Shown here: positions 34,952-42,680 of the stretch, one piece after another
Layout of the letters: every line of letters starts with the position of its first letter
Position numbering within the stretch: position 1 is the stretch's first letter
Assembly (NCBI GenBank): GCA_003482905.1
Contig: DMXM01000036.1
Span: 117,201-181,200 of the forward strand
From: Elusimicrobiota bacterium
GTDB lineage: Bacteria; Elusimicrobiota; Elusimicrobia; Elusimicrobiales; UBA9959
Direction of reading: 5' to 3'
DNA: 64,000 bases
Notes under the pieces: generated by a model
What the model was told of the DNA's origin: nothing
Seen by the model: only the letters and a program-made list of their open reading frames with translations
Database searches by the model: none
Made by a program: the position numbers and the translations under genes

Positions 34952-35854
34952 TCAGCCTAGAATGTTCCTAAGGAAGCCTTTGGCTTTCCTTATGCGGGCG
35001 GCGGCGGCTTCTTTTGGAACGCCGAGGCGCGCCATAACTATCGCGGTCTTCACGTCGTTGCCTGTCAGGTCCAGCAGGCGGCGCGCTTCTTCCCGGCTGA
35101 CGCCGCCTACGGTGGCGGTGATGCGCTCCGCGCGGAGTACCAGCTTTTTAGAGGTGGTCTTTACATCCACCATCCAGTTGCGGTAGATCTTGCCGGAGAT
35201 TATCATGGAGGCGGTCGAGATCATGTTCAGGGCAAGCTTGGTGGCGGTGCCGGATTTCATGCGGGTGGAGCCTGACACCGGCTCCGGCCCCACGTCGAGG
35301 GATATGCGTATGGCGGCCTCTTTCGCCCGCTCCCGCGGGTTGCAGGTGACCAGCACCGTTCCCGCGCCCGCTTTTTTACCGGCGGCCAGGCCGCCCTGTA
35401 CGTAGGGGGTGATGCCGCTGGCGGCTATGCCTATCACGGTGTCGCCGCGCCGGGCCAGCCGGGCTATCTCGTCCCTGCCGTTCTCAAAAACGTCCTCGGC
35501 GCCTTCCTTGGACAGGAAAACGGCGTCTTTTCCGCCGGCCATCAGGGCGGTGAAAACGCCGGCCCCCACGCCATAGGTGGGGGGGATCTCGGCGGCCTCA
35601 AGCACGCCCAGGCGGCCGCTGGTGCCGGCGCCTATGAAATATGTTCTGCCGCCGGAAAGATAGGTCTTTGAGACGGCCCGCGCGGCTTTCTCTATCTGCG
35701 GTATGGCTTTCGCCACGGCTTTAGGGACCAGGGCGTCCTCGTAGTTCAGTTTCTCCAGCACGCGTCTCAGCGGCAGCCGGTCCAGGTCCAGGGTGCGGGG
35801 GTTGCTCTGCTCCGTTGGAAGTTTAGCGTAGGTAAAAGCGTCGTTTCTTTTCAT
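34952..35854 (-). CDS. murQ: N-acetylmuramic acid 6-phosphate etherase MurQ
   Basis: 300 aa. TEQSNPRTLDLD N-terminal motif, SIS domain (GAGTSGRLGVLEA) and C-terminal UBA-like tail, as in MurQ. Confidence 0.9.
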   Translation of the reverse strand: MKRNDAFTYAKLPTEQSNPRTLDLDRLPLRRVLEKLNYEDALVPKAVAKAIPQIEKAARAVSKTYLSGGRTYFIGAGTSGRLGVLEAAEIPPTYGVGAGVFTALMAGGKDAVFLSKEGAEDVFENGRDEIARLARRGDTVIGIAASGITPYVQGGLAAGKKAGAGTVLVTCNPRERAKEAAIRISLDVGPEPVSGSTRMKSGTATKLALNMISTASMIISGKIYRNWMVDVKTTSKKLVLRAERITATVGGVSREEARRLLDLTGNDVKTAIVMARLGVPKEAAAARIRKAKGFLRNILG

Positions 35855-35860
35855 AGGTCG

Positions 35861-36721
35861 TCAGTACTCCGGCATTTCCCCGCCGGCCTCCGCGGGCGGC
35901 TCGGGCGTCGGTCCCGCTCCCGGCCCAAGTTCGTCGGCCGCGGCGGTGGGGGTTTCCACGATTTCGGGCAGGCGGGGGTTCTTTATCCAGTCCAGCACGC
36001 GCCGCACGTTGTGTTTGTTGATCAGCCCCGGGCCGTAGCCTTTCGCCTCCACGATAACCGTGACGTTGCTCTTGCCGCAGGTTATCTGGGCGGTGTGGTT
36101 CAAGATCTTGAATTCCTCGTACTGGCGCGCCCTGTCGGCGCCGGCTATGAACAGGATCGGCCTGCGGCCATAGGCGCGCAGCGGGTTTACGGAGAGCACC
36201 GAGTTCACGTTAAAGGCCGGGGAGACGGCGATCACCATGGAAATTTCGGGATGCAGCGCCGCGGTCTTTATGGCCAGGGTGGCGCCCAGCACCGACCCGG
36301 CCAGAACAATGTTCTCCCCGGAGACGGAACGGGTGGAAAGGTAGGCTACCGCCGCCTCCACATCGCGCGTCATTTTATTGTAATCGTTGTCCTGGCCGTC
36401 CACGCTGAAAGCGCGCCAGGTCGTGGTGGCTCCCGTCGGGGTGATAAAACTATTGCCGTGCCCGCGCAGGTCGAAGGCCAGGTAGCCGAACCCGTAGCGC
36501 TTGAGCGGTTTGAGAATAGGTTCCCATTCCGTAAGGTCGCTCTTCTGCGCGTGGATCAGCACCAGCGTGGGCGCGCCGTCCGCGGCTTTCAGGTAGCGGC
36601 CGCTGAGCGGCCAGCCGTCTTCCGTGGTCAGGGTAACGCGCTCTTCCTCGCGCTGCGCCTGGGCGCCCGCGGAGCAGGGCGCCAGCAGCAGGGTCAGGAG
36701 GAGGGCCGGTCCGTGGTTCAT
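35861..36721 (-). CDS. Secreted alpha/beta-fold hydrolase
   Basis: Signal peptide (LLLTLLLAPCSAGA), LVLIHA...FDLRGHG oxyanion region, and a nucleophile-elbow-like VLAGSVLGA. The C-terminus is Pro/Glu-rich. Confidence 0.6.
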   Translation of the reverse strand: MNHGPALLLTLLLAPCSAGAQAQREEERVTLTTEDGWPLSGRYLKAADGAPTLVLIHAQKSDLTEWEPILKPLKRYGFGYLAFDLRGHGNSFITPTGATTTWRAFSVDGQDNDYNKMTRDVEAAVAYLSTRSVSGENIVLAGSVLGATLAIKTAALHPEISMVIAVSPAFNVNSVLSVNPLRAYGRRPILFIAGADRARQYEEFKILNHTAQITCGKSNVTVIVEAKGYGPGLINKHNVRRVLDWIKNPRLPEIVETPTAAADELGPGAGPTPEPPAEAGGEMPEY

Positions 36722-36728
36722 GTGCGGC

Positions 36729-37205
36729 TCAATCTATGATCTCCCCGGGTTTGAACCAGAGGTTTATTTCGCGCGCCGCCTCCTCGAGGTTGCCCGAGGC
36801 GTGGACCACGTTCTCGTAATAGCCGTGCTTGCGGCAGATGCGGCCGAAGGCGCCGCGGATCGTGTCGGGGGAGGCGTCCTCTGGGTTGGTCACGCCGACG
36901 GCGGTGCGGATGCCCTGCACGGCGTTCTCGCCCTGGTAGACGAGGGCCAGCACCCGGCGCTTGGGGTCGCCGTGGTATTCGCCCTTGATGAAATTGATCA
37001 GGTGCTCGAAGAGCTTCTTGTCCGCGAACGGCCCTTTGCCATCCAGCAGCGCGTAGTGTTCCCGCGCCAGCTTATCGGTGACGGTGATGATCTTGGCGCC
37101 GACCAGCTCTAAATGGGTGTTCTCCAGCCTGTCGATGGACAGCCCGGCCAGGTGCCGCTGCATGCCGTCGGGTTTAATAAGTACCAGCGTTCTTTCAATA
37201 GCCAT
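36729..37205 (-). CDS. ndk: Nucleoside diphosphate kinase
   Basis: ERTLVLIKPDG, the active-site region NVVHASGNLEEAAREINLWF. I prefer the ATG at 37205 (MAIERTL), which has a GGAG SD, over the track start at 37217. Confidence 0.9.
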   Translation of the reverse strand: MAIERTLVLIKPDGMQRHLAGLSIDRLENTHLELVGAKIITVTDKLAREHYALLDGKGPFADKKLFEHLINFIKGEYHGDPKRRVLALVYQGENAVQGIRTAVGVTNPEDASPDTIRGAFGRICRKHGYYENVVHASGNLEEAAREINLWFKPGEIID

Positions 37206-37383
37206 AGGTCTCCTCAAAGGCGGCGGTTTCTAAGTAAAGGTTATTCTACATTTTTGAAGGTTGCACGGAAAGCGGGCAAGCTTAACCGGCGTCAAGGCCG
37301 GGCGCCCGGAAATTATGCTATATTCAGTTTCAGAGGTAGCGGGGCACCGTGTGACGGTCCATAGCGGGAGAAGGGGGGGGGGC

Positions 37384-38082
37384 ATGGCCGCAGGGGAAGA
37401 GATGGAAGAGAAATTCAACGATCTTATCGAGAAAGGGAGCATGTTCAGGGAGGATTTCCTGAACGGTTCCCGCTACCGCATGTACAGGTGTCCGGCCCGG
37501 AACGCGGGCTACGCGAAATGGAAAAAGGAATGCCTGCTGTGCGTAAAGAAGGCCTTCGGAGAGCGAAGCCGCCACTACACCGGGCTGGCCGCGGCGGAGA
37601 ATGATCGCTCCGCGCGCGCTCCCGGCTCCGTCTTTACATTCTTTATCGACACACTCAAACGCGCGAAATGCGACCTGCCGCCCGTCCAGGCCGCGGCGCA
37701 CGCCGCCCGTCAGCCCGACATGATGGAGGATTTCCTGGTCCGGGCGGAGGGGATGGTAGAGAAAGGGCATTATGTTTCGGCCGCGACGCTGGCGGGGGCG
37801 GTGCTAGAGGACCTGCTGCGCAGGCTCTGTATGGCGCGCGGGGTTTTCTGCGCCGAGAACGCCACCCTGGAGAACGTGAACGACAAACTTTTCGCGGCCG
37901 GAGTGTACGACGGCTCCTGGCACAGGGAAACGGCGCTGCGCATAAGTTTGCGCAGGACGGCCGAGAATTGTTACATAGAAAAGCTCAACGCGGACAACGT
38001 CTCCGGTATGATCTCGTGGCTCAGGGCTTTTATCGGACGGAAGTTCTCCGGAGCGGACGCCCTCTCCGTAACCGGCGCCTGA
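37384..38082 (+). CDS. Hypothetical protein with a C-terminal helical HEPN/DUF4145-like region (tentative)
   Basis: The C-terminal half (GHYVSAATLAGAVLEDLLRRL...NDKLFAAGVY...LRISLRRTAENCY) has the helix pattern of DUF4145/HEPN-type domains, but no clean Rx4-6H. The start is uncertain (TTG 37261, ATG 37315 or ATG 37384). A G10 run at 37373-37382 lies immediately upstream of ATG 37384. Confidence 0.45.
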   Translation: MAAGEEMEEKFNDLIEKGSMFREDFLNGSRYRMYRCPARNAGYAKWKKECLLCVKKAFGERSRHYTGLAAAENDRSARAPGSVFTFFIDTLKRAKCDLPPVQAAAHAARQPDMMEDFLVRAEGMVEKGHYVSAATLAGAVLEDLLRRLCMARGVFCAENATLENVNDKLFAAGVYDGSWHRETALRISLRRTAENCYIEKLNADNVSGMISWLRAFIGRKFSGADALSVTGA

Positions 38083-38104
38083 GCCCCGCCGCCCCTGGCG
38101 CGGC

Positions 38105-38133
38105 TTGTGTTCTTTGCGCCTTTCGTGTAAAAT
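38105..38133 (+). promoter_or_regulatory. Putative sigma70 promoter for the REC-lysS unit
   Basis: TTGTGT-N17-TAAAAT, about 75 nt upstream of 38207. Confidence 0.3.
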
Positions 38134-38206
38134 AATATGATTCTTAAGACAAGGGACGGCGGCCGATGGCCGCCCGCCCGCGCGGTCGGCCTTCTATGGG
38201 AGATTT

Positions 38207-38590
38207 ATGTCCAAAGTAATGGTAGTTGACGACGAAAAAGACGTGGTGTACCTGATAAAGGTGCTCATGGAGCGGGAGAAGCTGGAGGTTCTGGAGGCTT
38301 ACAACGGCCTAGAGGCCTATAATAAACTCACCTCCAAGGAGCCAGGCAGGGTCATCCCGGACGCCATAATACTGGACATAATGATGCCGGAAATGGACGG
38401 CTACACCTTTCAGGCCAAGCTGCAGGAAATAGACGAGCTCTGCGACATCCCGATAGTTATCCTGACCGCCAAAGGGCAGATGAAGGACCTGTTCGAGCTT
38501 TCCTCCAATATTTTCGCTTTCGTGGAAAAGCCCTTCGAGCCCAAGAACCTCGTAAAAATTGTTAAGGACGCGATCGCCTCAAAAAAATGA
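38207..38590 (+). CDS. Stand-alone response regulator receiver (CheY-like)
   Basis: 127 aa. VMVVDDE, ILDIMMPEMDG, ILTAKG and KPF. No output domain. Overlaps the lysS start by 4 nt. Confidence 0.85.
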   Translation: MSKVMVVDDEKDVVYLIKVLMEREKLEVLEAYNGLEAYNKLTSKEPGRVIPDAIILDIMMPEMDGYTFQAKLQEIDELCDIPIVILTAKGQMKDLFELSSNIFAFVEKPFEPKNLVKIVKDAIASKK

Positions 38591-40083
38591 CTACTCCCCC
38601 CAATTCCGGCATCAACGAAATAGTCGCCAACAACTACGCCAAGATAAAGACCTTGAGGGAAAAGGGCGTAGATCCCTTCCCCCACAGGTTCAAACTGACA
38701 CATAAGATCGACCAGGCCGCCAAGCTGCCCGCCGACACCCCTGTGATCATAGCCGGCCGCATAGTGCTTATGCGCGTAATGGGGAAGGCCACTTTCGCCC
38801 ATCTCAAGGACGGCACCGGCAAGATGCAGATCTACGTCAAAAAAGACGCCGTGGGCGACGAGGCTTACGAGATGTTCAAGAAGCAGCTGCACGTGGGCGA
38901 TTTCCTGGGCGTGGAAGGGAAGCTGTTCGTGACCCATACCGGCGAGCTTACCGTAAGCGCCGAGAAGCTGACCGTGCTGTCGAAGTCCGTGCGGCCCCTG
39001 CCCGAGAAATTCCACGGCCTGACCGACGCCGAAGCCCGCTACCGCGAGCGCTACCTGGACCTTATTTCCAACGAGGAGTCCCGTAATATTTTCGTGAGGC
39101 GCTCGCAGATAGTGGCTGCCATCCGCCGCGTGCTCGACGGGGACGGTTACCTGGAAGTGGAGACGCCCGTGCTCTGCTCGCAGGCCGGCGGCGCCTCGGC
39201 GCGCCCCTTCATCACCTTTCACAACGCCTATAAGTACGAGCTTTATATGCGCATCGCCACCGAGCTGCCGCTCAAGAAGCTCATCATCGGCGGCTTCGAC
39301 GGCGCCTACGAGATAGGCCGCGTCTTCCGCAACGAGGGCGTCGACACCCGCCACAACCCGGAATTCACCACCCTGGAGGCCTATAAGGCCTATTCCGACT
39401 ATAACGGCATGGCCGAGCTGGTGGAGACGATCTTCGAGAAGTGCGCCGCCATCATCGGCTCCGACGTGGTCGACTACAACGGCATGCAGGTCAGCCTCAA
39501 GCCGCCTTTCAAGCGCCTGTCCCTGCCCGACGCCTGGAAGGAAAAGACCGGCGAGGACATCCACAACGTGCTTGACGGCAAGGCTTTCAATAAAGAGAAC
39601 CTCAAGAAGCTGGCGGCCAGGCTGGGCATCGGCTTCGCGTCCGACACCCCTCCCGCCAAGCTCTTCGACAATATCATGGACGAAAAGATAATCTCCGGGC
39701 TGGAGCAGCCCACTTTCGTGATGGATTATCCCACCGCCGTGACACCGCTGGCCAAGTGCAAGGCCGGGGACGAATCCATAGTAGAGCGCTTCGAGTTCTT
39801 CGCGGGCAAAGAGGAGATCGCCAACGCCTACTCCGAACTGAACGACCCGGAGGACCAGAAGAGCCGCCTGGTGGAGCAGCTGCGCCAGAAGGAAGAGGAG
39901 AACAACGGCGAGGCCGATATTCTCGACAAGGATTTCATAGAAGCCATGGAGTACGGCATGCCCCCGATGGGCGGCATAGGCATCGGGATAGACCGCCTGT
40001 GCATGCTGATGAACGGCAAGCCCTCCATCCGGGAAGTCGTACTATTCCCGCTGCTGCGCCCTGATACCGATACCGCGAAGTAA
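38587..40083 (+). CDS. lysS: Lysine--tRNA ligase (class II)
   Basis: 498 aa. OB anticodon-binding domain, class II motifs (FRNEGVDTRHNPEFTTLE, GIGIDRLCMLM) and typical LysS length. Confidence 0.95.
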   Translation: MTTPPNSGINEIVANNYAKIKTLREKGVDPFPHRFKLTHKIDQAAKLPADTPVIIAGRIVLMRVMGKATFAHLKDGTGKMQIYVKKDAVGDEAYEMFKKQLHVGDFLGVEGKLFVTHTGELTVSAEKLTVLSKSVRPLPEKFHGLTDAEARYRERYLDLISNEESRNIFVRRSQIVAAIRRVLDGDGYLEVETPVLCSQAGGASARPFITFHNAYKYELYMRIATELPLKKLIIGGFDGAYEIGRVFRNEGVDTRHNPEFTTLEAYKAYSDYNGMAELVETIFEKCAAIIGSDVVDYNGMQVSLKPPFKRLSLPDAWKEKTGEDIHNVLDGKAFNKENLKKLAARLGIGFASDTPPAKLFDNIMDEKIISGLEQPTFVMDYPTAVTPLAKCKAGDESIVERFEFFAGKEEIANAYSELNDPEDQKSRLVEQLRQKEEENNGEADILDKDFIEAMEYGMPPMGGIGIGIDRLCMLMNGKPSIREVVLFPLLRPDTDTAK

Positions 40084-40118
40084 CGCTGCCGCGCGCCTCC
40101 ACCCGGCCATCAGTAAGG

Positions 40119-40260
40119 TCCCCCAGGCGACACGTGGGCCGGGTAAGCAAAAGCCTCTCGGAAGGCGAGGCTTGCGTAAGCGCCGAGCCTGAGAGCGGCA
40201 GGCGCGCGCACGGTGTGCGCGACGCCGGTTTTGCGTCCCGGCCCACGCGGCGCCTGGGTC
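40119..40260 (-). repeat. GC-rich structured intergenic repeat, copy 3 (inverted orientation)
   Basis: Its reverse complement aligns with 6711-6854, including an identical central stretch of about 40 nt (GACGCAAAACCGGCGTCGCGCACACCGTGCGCGCGCCTGCC). The terminal inverted repeat is CAGGCGCCGCGTGGGCCGGG / CCCGGCCCACGTGTCGCCTG. Confidence 0.7.
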
Positions 40261-40280
40261 ACACGATTTTACCCCTTGTT

Positions 40281-41507
40281 ATGTCTACAGAATTCTTTAT
40301 CGCCAGGCGCTACCTGCTTGCCAAACGCAAGGGCCTTTTTGCCATGATCACCACGTTCATAGGCGTGGCGGGGGTGGCGCTGGGCGTGGCCGCGCTGATA
40401 GTGACGCTGGCCATCATGGACGGCTTCCAGTCCGACATCAAGAAAAAAATAATCGACGCCCAGGCGCACATAACGGTATACGGCCGCATGCAGCCGCGCG
40501 ACCTGGCCGTGGTCCGCGCCGAGCTCGGCCGCGACGCCCGCGTGGCGGCGCAGTCCCCGTTCGTGCTGGGCCAGGCCATTCTCACCTTCGACAGCCGCTC
40601 CACCGGCGTGGTGGTAAAAGGCCTCGATCCCGCCGGTGAGTTCACGGTCAATAATCTTAAGAATTCCCTGGTGCGGGGCTCCTGGGAAGCGCTTTCCCGG
40701 CCGCCGCAAGGCGCGCCGCAGGCGCTCATACTCGGCGAGGAACTCGCCAAGAACCTGGGACTGTGGGTGGGGGACGAGGCCGTCCTGGTCTCGCCCCAGG
40801 GCGGCACCGCCGGCATGGGCCTTCTGCCCAAGATGAAAAAATTCAAAGTGGCGGGCCTGGTGCGCACCGGTTATTACGAATTCGACAATACCATGGCGTA
40901 TTGCTCGATACAGGCGGCGGGGGACTTCTTCGGGCTGGGCGGCGGCGCCAACGGGCTGGGGATACGGCTTAAGAACATCAAGACGGCCGGGCCGGCCGCC
41001 GCGGACCTGCGCCGCGCGCTTGGCTTCTCCTACACCGTTAAAACCTACGCCGATATGAACAAAACGCTTTTTGCCGCGCTTAAGCTGGAGAAATTCGTCA
41101 TGTCCCTGGTGCTGGCGCTGATAATCCTGGTGGCCACTTTCAACATCGCCTCCAACCTGCTGATGATGAGCGTGGAGAAACTGCGCGACATCGGCATATT
41201 GCGGGCCATGGGCGCCGGGCCCGGCTTTATCCGGCGCGTTTTTTTCTGGGAGGGCAACCTTATCGCCGTCACAGGCATAACCCTGGGCGTGCTGCTGGGC
41301 GTCGGCCTGTCCGTTTTTATTTCCGTTTACCCGGTGGTGGAACTGCCGTCTGATATTTACTACATCACCAAGGTGCCGGTGGAGCTTAAGATAAGGGATA
41401 TCCTGGCCACCGCCGGGGTAAGCTACCTGCTCTGCATGCTGAGCGCCATTTACCCGGCGCTGCGGGCTTCCAGGGTAAGCCCGGTGGACGCGATACGCTA
41501 TGGATAA
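40281..41507 (+). CDS. Lipoprotein-releasing ABC transporter permease, LolC/LolE family
   Basis: MSTEFFIARRYLLAKRKG N-terminus, MacB-like periplasmic domain and C-terminal FtsX domain. I prefer the ATG at 40281, because the track's upstream extension runs through repeat copy 3. Confidence 0.85.
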   Translation: MSTEFFIARRYLLAKRKGLFAMITTFIGVAGVALGVAALIVTLAIMDGFQSDIKKKIIDAQAHITVYGRMQPRDLAVVRAELGRDARVAAQSPFVLGQAILTFDSRSTGVVVKGLDPAGEFTVNNLKNSLVRGSWEALSRPPQGAPQALILGEELAKNLGLWVGDEAVLVSPQGGTAGMGLLPKMKKFKVAGLVRTGYYEFDNTMAYCSIQAAGDFFGLGGGANGLGIRLKNIKTAGPAAADLRRALGFSYTVKTYADMNKTLFAALKLEKFVMSLVLALIILVATFNIASNLLMMSVEKLRDIGILRAMGAGPGFIRRVFFWEGNLIAVTGITLGVLLGVGLSVFISVYPVVELPSDIYYITKVPVELKIRDILATAGVSYLLCMLSAIYPALRASRVSPVDAIRYG

Positions 41508-42165
41508 GATAGTAGAGATAACGGGGCTGAGCAAGGCCTACACGACGGGGCACGAGCAGATCCTCGTGCTGGAGAACCTGGATTTCTCCATTTCAAAGGG
41601 CGAATTCGTCTCCATAGTGGGGCCTTCCGGTTCCGGCAAATCCACTTTCCTCAATATCGTAGGTCTGCTCGACGACGTTTACAGCGGCGAGATCCGCCTG
41701 TTCGGCAAGCGCCTGGAGGACCTGGGCGAGTCCGAGAAGGCAGTGCTGCGCCTTAAGAACGTCGGCTTCGTGTTCCAGTTCGATTCCCTGCTGCCGGAGT
41801 TTACTGTCCTGGAAAACATAGAAATGCCCGCCCGCGTGCTCGGCTCCGCCGGGCCGGGGCGCGGCCTTGAGCTGCTGAAGCGGTTCGATCTGGAAGTAAT
41901 AGCGGCCAAGTTCCCGATGGAAGTTTCCGGTGGAGAGAAGCAGCGCGCGGCCATGTTGAGAGCGCTGTGCAACAGCCCCGCCCTGCTGATAGCGGACGAG
42001 CCTACCGGCAACCTGGACCGCCACAATTCGGGCGTGATCCTCGACGACCTGAGACGCGCCGCCGACATGGGCACCGCGGTGCTGATGGTCACGCATAACG
42101 AGGAGGCGGCCCGCCGGGCCGACAGGACGCTGCGCATGGGCGGCGGTAAATTCGAAGCTATATGA
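41500..42165 (+). CDS. lolD: Lipoprotein-releasing ABC transporter ATP-binding protein LolD
   Basis: Walker A GPSGSGKST, signature VSGGEKQRAA and Walker B LLIADEPTGNLD. Overlaps the permease gene by 8 nt. Confidence 0.9.
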   Translation: MDKIVEITGLSKAYTTGHEQILVLENLDFSISKGEFVSIVGPSGSGKSTFLNIVGLLDDVYSGEIRLFGKRLEDLGESEKAVLRLKNVGFVFQFDSLLPEFTVLENIEMPARVLGSAGPGRGLELLKRFDLEVIAAKFPMEVSGGEKQRAAMLRALCNSPALLIADEPTGNLDRHNSGVILDDLRRAADMGTAVLMVTHNEEAARRADRTLRMGGGKFEAI

Positions 42166-42680
42166 AACTTTGCGAAGAATGCCACAAGGCCGCGGCGGCC
42201 GTATTTCTGAAGCTGGCCGTGAACAATAAGGTGACCGAGACCCACCTCTGCCCGGCCTGCGCCGCTAAAAAAGGCATAGGGCTGGGCCTGGAGACGGGCG
42301 CTTTCAATATCTCCGATATAGTCGGCAACATGAGCGGCTATTTCAAGGATTTCCTGCCGCCGGAGCGCAAAACCCTGCGCTGCCGGAACTGCGGCCTGAA
42401 ATATTCAGAATTCAAGGAAACGGGCCGCCTCGGCTGCCCCGAGTGCTACGAGAGCTTCGGGCCGCAGCTGACCGAGCTGATGATGCGCATCCACGGGGCC
42501 TCGCAGCACGCGGGGCGGGGGTATGCCGGCGGGGCTTCTCTCAAGCTGTCCAGGGCCGAAGTCGCCAGGCGCCTGGAGGAGCTGCGTGCGGACCTTAACG
42601 CGGCTGTGGCGGCGGAAGATTTCGAGGGCGCGGCGCGGCTGCGCGACGCGATAAAGACGCTGGAGAACCGGCATGGCTGA
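42162..42680 (+). CDS. mcsA: McsA-like protein arginine kinase activator (UvrB/C-motif protein)
   Basis: 172 aa. Paired CxxC zinc motifs (CEEC...CPAC; CRNC...CPEC) and a C-terminal UVR motif (EDFEGAARLRDAIKTLE). Overlaps both lolD and mcsB. Confidence 0.8.
   Translation: MKLCEECHKAAAAVFLKLAVNNKVTETHLCPACAAKKGIGLGLETGAFNISDIVGNMSGYFKDFLPPERKTLRCRNCGLKYSEFKETGRLGCPECYESFGPQLTELMMRIHGASQHAGRGYAGGASLKLSRAEVARRLEELRADLNAAVAAEDFEGAARLRDAIKTLENRHG

Noticed and set aside
38088-38115. A weak hairpin (GCCGC-N7-GCGGC) followed by a T-rich stretch after the 37384 gene, considered as a terminator
   Set aside because: The stem is only 5 bp, and the T-rich stretch overlaps the putative -35 of the next promoter. 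This is too weak to annotate.
40134-40280. The N-terminal 49-aa extension of the LolC/E ORF given by the ORF track
   Set aside because: The extension is encoded entirely by repeat copy 3 and has no similarity to Lol permeases. The canonical N-terminus MSTEFFIARRYL starts at the ATG at 40281.
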